From: Octopus sinensis
Lineage: Eukaryota
Direction of reading: 5' to 3'
DNA length: 64,000 nt
Assembly: GCF_006345805.1 (NCBI RefSeq)
Contig: NC_043000.1
Coordinates: forward strand, 91,264,001-91,328,000
Position 1 is the stretch's first letter; every line of letters begins with the position of its first letter. Position numbers and translations under genes: made by a program. The notes under the pieces are model-generated. The model saw only the letters and a list, made by a program, of their open reading frames with translations, did no database searches and had not been told where the DNA came from. This document shows, piece after piece, positions 36,800 through 46,425 of this stretch.

Positions 36800-38460
36800 T
36801 TACACAGGTTTCAAGTGGTATTTGAATATACATTTGGTAATATAATTAAACAACTCTAATATAGCAAAAACTAAATGCATTTTAAAATAAATTTATGCAC
36901 CTGTTCTTGATATATTATCTTATAAGATTATTCAATGAATCTCCCTTCAGCGTTGAAGACTACTTCAATGCATAACTGAAATTGTTGATATGTTTGCACC
37001 AAATGGTCCTTAGTCATTCGTAGCTCATTTGGACAATGGCAGGCATTAGTAAAGTAAAGATGTTGATTAATCTCCGTTTCAGCAATTCTTCAAACGTAAG
37101 TAGCTGTGATTCGAAAGCTAACCGCTAGATACTCGGTCAGACACAACGAGTGAAGCCCCATAGTTTCACGTGATCGGTCTATACATCAACCAATCAGAGT
37201 GAGGCTGTGGCGTGATATGGTTTTATCGAATGATTTTTCTTGTCCCCTCAAGCAACCACTTTTGGCGCTTTTCTAATCGCAGAGTGTTGAAGGCGACTGG
37301 TTATCTTGACCCATCACTCTAGCCAAGCAGAAGGTTAACAGACCTCTGTTGCCACGGAGATTAGCGCAGTTGACTTAGTATATTTTTTGACCGACCGTAT
37401 GTTATCTCACAGATAACTTTCTATAATTTCAAAACAGTTTATTTTTGTCCCAGCCGGCAATTATTTTATATTGTTCATTGTAAGTAGCCATCACTAAATA
37501 TCTTTATGTCCAGCAACAAATATTTAGTTAAATGTTTGCGAGTTTGCTTCAGTTATTATTCACGCAGCCAACGAAATATATCTTCATTTCCCTGCTAAAC
37601 AATCATCCAAGCCATCTCCCGACAGCAGTAGTCCAAAGGTCTTAAAGCTGGTGAGACTGAAGGCAGCAAGTTCGATGTTACATAATTGTTACGTGGGCTT
37701 TGTGAACAGGTGGTGAGTTTGTTGAAAGAAAGTACGTATAGTCGTCCACTGCATACTTTAAAGAACTGTCTCCAGCCTTTCAACGTATCCAGCAGCATTA
37801 ATTCTACAACTCTGCGGAAAGGTGTGAGTTGATATGACATGAACTTCGATATTACTCATAAAACCACCACAAACGTTGGAAACTTAGGGACATCAGAATG
37901 ATAAACACAGAACGATCTGTCATTGCGTCTGTTTGAATCTTGGTTTTAGTTGAATTTTCTCTCGTCAGAGAAAAACCAAAGTACGCCATATTTGTGAGAG
38001 TTTTTAACTTTAGTAATTAACCGCTTGGTACGAATCAAACGGTTTTTCTATGTCTTTGCAAAAATGAACTTGTCTCTCCTCAGTACATAAGTCATTTCCG
38101 AAATGCCCTCATGCATCAAAGTACTGATAGTCCACTCCGAAACCAGAAGATCTTGGATGGTGCCTCTCATTGATTTTCTGGGATTACCATTGACAATGTT
38201 TTTAATTCGACGACGACTAAATTTTAGTGGCCTTATTGCCCACCAGATCATTCAAATTCTGTCCACATTTACATAGAAAACTGGAACTTTTAAGTCGTTG
38301 TCTCCTGTACATGACTTCAACAATAACAGCATGTCGCATCATTTTATTTGCATGTCTCGTCATTTTCATGTAGATATGAAAACTATGAAAAACTTTAAAT
38401 TGGCTTCAAGAGAGTAACATATTGATAATTATCCTCGAATAATCCAGCACACTCTGTGTG
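36800..38460 (-). mobile_element. Degenerate Tc1/mariner-superfamily (probably DD37D/maT-like) transposon, interrupted at ~37085-37597
   Basis: NPRKSMRGTIQDLLVSEWTI (HTH), WFFSDEK, LPSVSPALRPLDY, C-terminal IEVVFNAEGRFIE*. Confidence 0.7.
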
Positions 38461-38759
38461 TATGTGTCTATGTATGAGTGTGTGTGTGTGTGTAGGCGTG
38501 AGTGTGTCCGTGTATACACATATGTGCATGCATGCATATATACATACACACATATTCCATTCCAGGAATGGAGTACGGAGAGCAAGAGCGCACACGAAGA
38601 CAGAAAGTGTCGCTGAAGAGGTCACAGATGTGTGACGAAAGATTTCCCGACAATGGACATGAGTTAGAATGAGAACAGTAATAAACGAGTGAAGAACTAA
38701 AGTATAGTGCGTGCTTTCATTTGGCAAAAATAAAAATGACCATCCCGAAATACAACAAC

Positions 38760-39271
38760 ATAGAGTAGTGGTACAACAAAGCACCAATAATAACAGGAAA
38801 TTATACATCTACCTTTACGGTGCTTTATTTTACTGGAAAGTAATAATTTGTATTGCAATATTTTATTTTACATTGAAAACTTCTTCACTGTTCTCGGTCT
38901 GTTAACGGCTAAGCGTTCAGGCGAGTATACTGGCATCGATGTAGCAACACTTAAAATATTGTCCAGGTAAATTCATCTGATGAAGACTAATCAATTTTGC
39001 GCTGACAAACGTTTTTGAAGAGTCTGAAACCTAGGTACTGGATTATCCGATTTTGGGTGTCCATTTATCTAATGCTCTTCCTAGAGGTAAGACAAAATTT
39101 TTCATGTTTGTTGCACTCACACGTCTTTGCCAGTATATATGCATTGAAGCTTTACTATAGCGTCGTAAGTGTATCGACTGCTGTTTCCAGTGAATATTGG
39201 TGCCTTGTTGAACCACTACTCTACATTTATACTGCTACCTATACGGTGCTTTATTTTACTGGAAAGTAATA
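38760..39271 (+). mobile_element. Non-coding element: ~426-bp unit with terminal direct repeat, an upstream inverted fragment and a hammerhead
   Basis: CTACCTxTACGGTGCTTTATTTTACTGGAAAGTAATA at 38809 and 39235; 38761-38800 is the reverse complement of 39184-39223. Confidence 0.7.
38972..39042 (+). ncRNA. Type I hammerhead motif
   Basis: CUGAUGA (38977)-AGACU...AGUCU-GAA-ACCUAGGU-A-CUGG; first pair of helix I mismatched. Confidence 0.7.
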
Positions 39272-39629
39272 CATTTGAATAGCAATATTATATATATATA
39301 TATATAATCATACATACAAACAAACACACATATACGTACGACGGGCTCCTTCTAGTTTCTGTCTGCCAAATCGACTCACAAGACTTTTGTCAGCTCGAGG
39401 CGGTAGTAGAAGACGCATGCCCAAGGTTTCACGCAGTGGGACTGGACCAGAGCCATGTGGTACAGAAGCAAGCGTTTTACTACATAACGACGTCTGTACC
39501 TATAACCACACACATACATACATATATGTGTATGTATATATACATAATAGAAATATTAAAATTACTAAGTCTCTATAAAAGAGATTACGGCAGCGTTTAC
39601 TGGAAATTAATTGTTATCGCCATATTAAT

Positions 39630-39729
39630 NNNNNNNNNNNNNNNNNNNNNNNNNNNNNNNNNNNNNNNNNNNNNNNNNNNNNNNNNNNNNNNNNNNNNNN
39701 NNNNNNNNNNNNNNNNNNNNNNNNNNNNN
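39630..39729. other. Assembly gap (100 N)
   Basis: Direct reading. Confidence 1.
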
Positions 39730-39771
<42 letters not shown>

Positions 39772-39930
39772 TTAGAAAAAAACCACCTTCTATCAATTCA
39801 ATAATGAAAAATTAAATATATCATTTAGAAAAATACATATTATAGAAAGATTAAATATAAGATAAAAAATATACAACAATGATTAAGTAATGTGCAAAGT
39901 TAATAAATAAAACGTATATATTTGGTAGAA

Positions 39931-40034
39931 TAACGACACGTGTTTCGTGGCTATATTTAAGAAATGATAATAGTAAAAATAATAGTAGTAGTAGTAAAAT
40001 CACTTCAATATATATATAGCCACTCTTCAGGTTA
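39931..40034 (-). ncRNA. Type I hammerhead ribozyme in an AT-rich element (~39768-40168) between (TA)n and (CA)n
   Basis: UAAC-CUGAAGA-GUGGCUAUAU...AUAUAGCCAC-GAA-ACACGUGU-C-GUUA; complete core, 10-bp helix II. Confidence 0.85.
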
Positions 40035-40167
40035 AAGATAACAACAATAATAAAATAAGTAATTAGATACATTAATAAATATACGTAAATAATCTTGTAA
40101 AATACGAAATATCTTAACAAATATATTCTTATTTAAAAAATAAGATACAATTAATTAAAATATTTAG

Positions 40168-40258
<91 letters not shown>

Positions 40259-40504
40259 TGAGATCCAAAAATATACATTAAGTGAAAACTAAATAATATA
40301 ATTTAAACTATATACATTAAATTAAATTATTAATTAATTCATTCATTTATTTAATAAACATCTAAATAAAATATTATACTCATTAAGTAATTTATATTAA
40401 AAACCTTAGTGTTAAGTAATATACATAATGTTAGTACAAGCTATAAATACTGGAACTAAAAATAGAAAATGGTTCAATATATACACACCTATTAGATAAA
40501 CTAA

Positions 40505-42111
40505 TTATATTGCTCTAATTGCTGAGTCACTATCAGAACTGGAGGAGAAGTTTCAGGTGTGGAAGCAAGGATTAGAATCGAAGGGCCTTAGAGTCAATCT
40601 AGCTAAAACCAAAGTCCTAATAAGTAGGAAGGTAGACAAATCGCAAACGCCTTCAGATAGATGGCCCTGCTCGATCTGTAGAAAAGGTGTAGATAGAAAC
40701 TCTATAAGATGCACCAAGTGTAAGCTATGGACACATAAGAGGTGCAGCAGTGTCAAAGGAAGGCTAACTAGGAAGATAGTTTTTGTATGTGGCAGATGCT
40801 CGGGAGCAATAAACACTGAAAATGGTCTGAGACCAGCTTCTGCCACTTTCCAGGTAGAAAAACTAGAAATAGTTGATAGCTTCCGTTACCTAGGTGACCA
40901 AGTCAGTAGCGGGGGCGGGTGTGCTGAAAGTGTAACTGCTAGAGTAAGAATAGCTTGGGCAAGTTCAGAGAGCTCTTACCTCTACTGGTGACAAGAGGCC
41001 TCTCGCACAGAGTAAAAGGCAGACTGTATGACACGTGTGTACGAACAGCCATGCTACATGGCAGTGAAACATGGGCCGTGACTGCTGAGGATATGCGTAA
41101 GCTCGCAAGAAATGAAGCCAGTATGCTCCAATGGATGTGTAATGTCAGGGTTCATACTCGACAGAGTGTAAGTACCTTGAGAGAAAAGCTGGGCCTAAGA
41201 AGCATCAGATGTGGTGTGCAAGAGAGACGTTTGCGCTGGTATGGTCATGTGGCGAGAATGGATGAAGATAGTTGTGTGAAAAAGTGCCACACCTTAGCAG
41301 TTGAGGGAACCTATGGAAGAGGCAGACCCAGGAAAACTTGGGACGAGGTGGTGAAGCACGACCTTCGAACTTTAGGTCTCACTGAGGAAATGACTAGAGA
41401 CCGAGACCTCTGGAAGTATGCTGTGCGTGAGAAGACCCGGCAGGACAAGTGAGACCATAACCCGTGGCCTTCTACACGCGATGTAGCCAGTCCACTTATG
41501 CATACCTTCCCTTCTTGGGACACAAAACTCTACTTGTGAAGACCTGTTGAGGCAAGTCAGAATCAGAATCGAAATCGATCAATGGAAATTACAGCTGAGA
41601 TACGAGTGCCGGTGGCACGTAAAAGAACCATCCGAACGTGGCCGTTGCCAGCGCCGCCTCGACGTAAAAAGCACCATCCGATTGTGGCCGTTGCCAGCCT
41701 CGCCTGGCCCTTGTGCCGGTGGCACATAAAAAGCACCATCCGATCGTGACCGTTTGCCAGACTCGTCTGGCACCTGTAGCACCGCGCCGACTGGCCTCGT
41801 GCCGGTGGCACGTAAAAAGCACCATTCGTTCGTGATCGTTGCCAGCCTCGCCTTGCCCTTGTGCCGGTGGCACATAAAAAGCACCATCCGATCATGGCCG
41901 TTTGCCAGACTCGTCTGGCACCTGTAAAAAGCATCCACTACACTCATGGAGTGGTTGGCGTTAGGAAGGGCATCCAGCCGTAGAAACCATGCCAGATCAG
42001 ACTTGGCCTGGTGCAGCCTTCTGGCTTCCCAGACCCCAGTTGAACCGTCCAACCCATGCTAGCATGGAAAGCGGACGTTAAACGATGATGATGATGATGA
42101 TGATGATGATG
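40505..42111 (+). mobile_element. 5'-truncated RTE-clade LINE with repeat-containing 3' UTR and (GAT)n tail
   Basis: Begins just after the RT YADD position (ALIAESLSELEEKFQVW); GLRVNLAKTKV, FRYLG, AMLHGSETW, RRLRWYGHV, RGRPRKTW. Confidence 0.92.
40511..41452 (+). pseudogene. C-terminal part of the RTE reverse transcriptase ORF with an embedded PHD-like finger; frameshift near 40960
   Basis: Track ORFs 40557-40991 and 40955-41452 join as RIAWA-KFRELLPLL. Confidence 0.88.
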
Positions 42112-42285
42112 TAGTATCTATAGATTTAATATTTTACTCAATAATATAGTTGACCAAAATATTAATTAATATAAAGCTAATTTACTTAAATGTAATACTA
42201 CGTAATACATAGACCACCTAACTATTAAACAATGTATTGTCTTACAAAAGCATATATATATTATATATATATATATTACATACAC

Positions 42286-42327
<42 letters not shown>

Positions 42328-43262
42328 CACACACACACACACACATATATATATATGAGAGAGAGAGAGACTGAAAGAATACTGTTGTATATACATATAT
42401 TGACGTGTGTATATCTTTGTGTTTGTGTTGGTCCTCCCATTACCACTTGACAACTGGTTTTGGTATGTTTACATCCCAGTTACTTAGCAGTTTGCCAAAA
42501 GTGACCAATAGAATAAGTACTAAAAAAATTAATGACTCCTGCAGTTGATTTTTCGACTAAAACCCTCCAAGGCGGTGCTCCATCATGGCCACAGTAAAAT
42601 GACTGAAACAAATAAAAGAGTAAATGAATTAAAGAAGACATCAATCTTTTTCTTTTTTGTCTCGTCTTTTTTCTTTTCTTTTTTTAAGGTATTTGTGTGT
42701 GAGATGTCAGTGATGGTAAATTCAGAGATAATTGCATACAATGACGGCTGTGGTTGTCTGTTATCAGTCCCTATGTAACCAAATAAATACCACTTAATTA
42801 CAGGCTGTAGTCAGCCAAGATACTTGCATGTTCTACAGCTCGGATAATGGTAGCCATGCGTTTGGGCTGCAGAATGTGTGTGTGTGTATGTGTGTGTGTG
42901 TGTGTGTTTACAACGATGGGTAAGAGATGGACAGTGATTATATGATATGTCCTTGAAAAACAAGGGAGGAAAAACCCCAACAAAACAAAGCAGACAAACC
43001 CGCAAATACAAAATCAATGACAAAAAAATCAACGAACAAAATGCAAAAAAAAACCCCAAAAAAAGAAAAAAAAAAGGAAAATTATATGTTATACAGCATG
43101 GACATTATCTGCTGGGATTCGGACACTGGCACTGAGGGCGATTCAATGGCAAAGGGTAGCTTTCTCTTTTGTTATTTTGATGGGTTTTTCTTGTATATTT
43201 TCCTTTATCAAATGCTGTTGATGTTGTCATTGTAATTGATTGCAATTGATTGTATTGTTATT

Positions 43263-43296
<34 letters not shown>

Positions 43297-43471
43297 TGTG
43301 TGTGTGTGTGTGAGTGTATGTGTGTGTGTTTGTGTGTGTGCATGTGCATGTGTGTAGATTGTGCATGTGTGTAGACTGAGGTTGTCTGAAAAAGAAGATA
43401 AAGTTTCAGCTGTGAAGGATTTCCATAATTGAGCCAAAACCAAGGCTCAGTCTTCATAGCGGAAGTGTGTG

Positions 43472-43523
<52 letters not shown>

Positions 43524-43540
43524 TAGATAGATAGATAGAT

Positions 43541-43602
<62 letters not shown>

Positions 43603-43634
43603 GTAGATATATAGATATATATATATACATATAA

Positions 43635-44073
43635 TAAAAAAACCCCAGAAAAAATGATAAATGCAAACAAACGTAAGGACATAGCAAAAGCAATAAGACA
43701 CTCAGAGAGAAAAAAGAATAGTTGTTTTACGTTTTGAGCAAAGCTCTTCTTCGGAAATAGGAAAAATAGGAAAGTCCAAAGGGAAGAACGAAGTAGGAGG
43801 AAAAACTGCAAACAGTCCACATGCGGTTACATACATATACATACACACACATATATATATATATATATATAGTTAATCCAAACATGAAAGCACAAAAAAA
43901 CACAACAACGCGAGGACGTGGAACAAATATAGTATTATTGGACGCTCAGGAAAGAAGGAAAGAAGGAGGGTTTAACGTTTCGAGCGGAGCTCTTCGTCGG
44001 AAACATAGGAGAAGGAAAGATCCAGAGAAGGGAAGACAGTGGAAAAAAAATCGCCAACGGTACACACGCGGTC
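43635..44073 (-). mobile_element. Two short hammerhead-motif elements (43635-43830 degenerate; 43871-44073 with the motif at 43970-44004)
   Basis: GUUU-CCGACGA-AGAGC-UCC-GCUC-GAAA-CGUU-AAAC; the other has CCGAAGA...AAAA. Confidence 0.7.
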
Positions 44074-44077
44074 ATAT

Positions 44078-44235
44078 ATACATACAAAATTTAAAGGACT
44101 GACCACTAAAAGTGGACGGTCAGGTGTCCTTTAAATTTTGTATGTAAAAATATTTTAATCTTCGGATTTCTTTAATATGCTAGACCACTGGTTTTAATTG
44201 ATTAATATCAATTTCTACCCTTATTCAATTTCATA
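44078..44235. mobile_element. Terminal fragment related to the 16327 element, ending in a fold-back hairpin
   Basis: TACATACAAAATTTAAAGGAC...GTCCTTTAAATTTTGTATGTA; reverse complement has AATAAGGGT...ACCAGTGG like 16337-16395. Confidence 0.6.
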
Positions 44236-44718
44236 TATATATATATATATTATATATATATATATTATATATATATATATATATTATATATATACACAGA
44301 TATACATACACATACACACACATATATATATGCACATACACACACACACATATATATATATATATACACATAGACACAAACTCATATATATGTATATATA
44401 TGCATATATATGTATGTATTCTTCCATTTTCTTTCAATTGTTTCAATCATATGACTGCAGCTATGCTGGAGCACCACCTTAAACGGATTTTTCATGAAAG
44501 AAATTGACTACAGGACTTATTCTTTGTAAGCTTAGTATTTACTCTGTCCGTCTCTTTTGCTTGATTGCTAAGTTATGGGGGAAGTAAACACACTAACATC
44601 AGTTGTCAGGCAATGGTAATGGGACAAACAAAGGCACAAAGACACACACACACATGAATACATACAGACAGTCACACATGAATATACACGTGCACACACA
44701 CACGCACACACATATATG

Positions 44719-44955
44719 CAGGGTGTAATGGGTAAATTGTTGCCATTTTATGTTTCATTTTATGCATGTGTATTGTTTGTATTTTATTTTGTCAACTACA
44801 CAGTATAGTAGGGTCAGCTGGGTACCCTCTGTGAGAAAAACATGACGCAATTCACTTGGCCAGAAATTTGGAAACGACTGCTGTACTATTTGACATTTAT
44901 GCTGGAAGCTCTAGTCTGAAAATTTCAGAGTATTTGAGGACAGTGCAATCTGAGG
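44719..44955 (+). mobile_element. Probable left end of a Tc1/mariner-type transposon
   Basis: CAGGGTGT terminus followed by a degenerate MTQFTWPEIWKR start. Confidence 0.45.
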
Positions 44956-44971
44956 ACATGTACCAATAAGG

Positions 44972-45738
44972 ATTCTTCACCCGGGAGTTACGACACTGCT
45001 CTTACCAATTCCAACCAAACATACAATAATAATAATAATAGAAATAGTATTGATAATAGCAACATTCATAGCAGCGTTGGCATTAACAGTGGTAATATTA
45101 ATAATAATATTATTAACAGTGGTAGTGTTGGTGGTAGTAACGATAGCATTTATAATAACAGTGGTAATATTGATGATAACAACCCCAGCATTCCTATAGT
45201 CATCGATATTGCCGACGATAGTACAATTAATAGTAATGGCAATAACAGGAATAGTTTAATGGTCAATGCTAGCAATAATATTAACAGCAATCATAATAAT
45301 AAAAACTCCGTCTTAGTCTCGGAGGTAAACCCTAACAGATTAAAGTTCTTGTCCAGCAATTCTAAAATTAGAAATTCCATTTACCAGTGTAAAATTTCTT
45401 CCGGTACCGGTGTCTTCTTCTACATTGGGGCGACTACTTCTAAATTATCCCAAAGGATTTCCAATCATTATTCAACTTTCCGAGATAAGAGAAAACAACA
45501 AAGCACAGGACTAAGTAAATTAGTTTGGCGTCTTAAGGACAGCAATGTAACTTTCAAGCTGGAATGGTCCATATTGTCTGTATCCTTTCCGTTTGATAAG
45601 GGTACAAAATTTTGTGGCGTCTGTAATTCCGAACTTTTCCATATACTTTTCGCCAAATTCCCTTTTGTAAACACAATGGTAGAAAAATCCTATAGGTGCA
45701 TGCACTGGCAGAAACACACCTTTCACTCATATGAATGA
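44972..45738 (+). CDS. 3' part of a Penelope-like ORF: Asn/Ser-rich linker plus GIY-YIG endonuclease (5'-truncated)
   Basis: NSIYQCKI...FYIGATT...RISNH...STGLSKLVW.LK...CGVCNSE...N...E...CMH; frame is open upstream of the track ATG at 45259. Confidence 0.85.
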
Positions 45739-46388
45739 CGATTAATATAGATAACCTCCTTGAATTTAATAATTTGGTTCCACTTATACAACACCACCAT
45801 AGACAATTTTTATACTCAGTTTCATGAAGGACTACTACCAAATTCGTTGGGGTATGTTTTACCTTTGTCTCTCTACCTCTCCCTCCTCTCTCTCTCTCCC
45901 TCTCTCTATCGTAAGCATAATCAAACACACAGACACAAACCTGTCACTTCACCACTAGTTGTTTTGGGCATCTACCCACCCACACAAACAATCACGCACA
46001 CACATACACACACATAGACACGAATGCAGTTATAAACATACACACACATAGGCACTCAATCTCATTAGCAAAAGCAATCAACAACACATCACCATTCATA
46101 CGACTTGCACCCTGTCACCTTCCTATTCTTAGATCTCTTCCCTTCCAACCTTGTTTGAACTCTTGAACTTTCTAGAATCTTCTCCATTCAACCATTTTTG
46201 ACGTCACTGCTTATAACGGAATATTTAAAGAAACATTCATTATCACTATGGACTCCGTGTGGGCAGTCATCTAAAAGTTTTTGTTCATCATGATGCTGAC
46301 ATATGTTCCTTGTCTTTACTGATGAGAAGGCAGCATAATGTCGAGAATAAAGGAATTTTTTTAAATCGTCGTTCAACTCCATTCTTTC

Positions 46389-46390
<2 letters not shown>
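45739..46390 (+). mobile_element. Probable 3' UTR/pseudo-LTR of the Penelope-like element
   Basis: Follows the GIY-YIG stop; CTGATGA at 46319 without an intact GAAA; AATAAA; ends at (TA)n. Confidence 0.55.

Positions 46391-46425
<35 letters not shown>

Noticed and set aside
46310-46352. Hammerhead in the Penelope 3' region
   Set aside because: CTGATGA is present but GAAA and helix II are missing; a remnant only.
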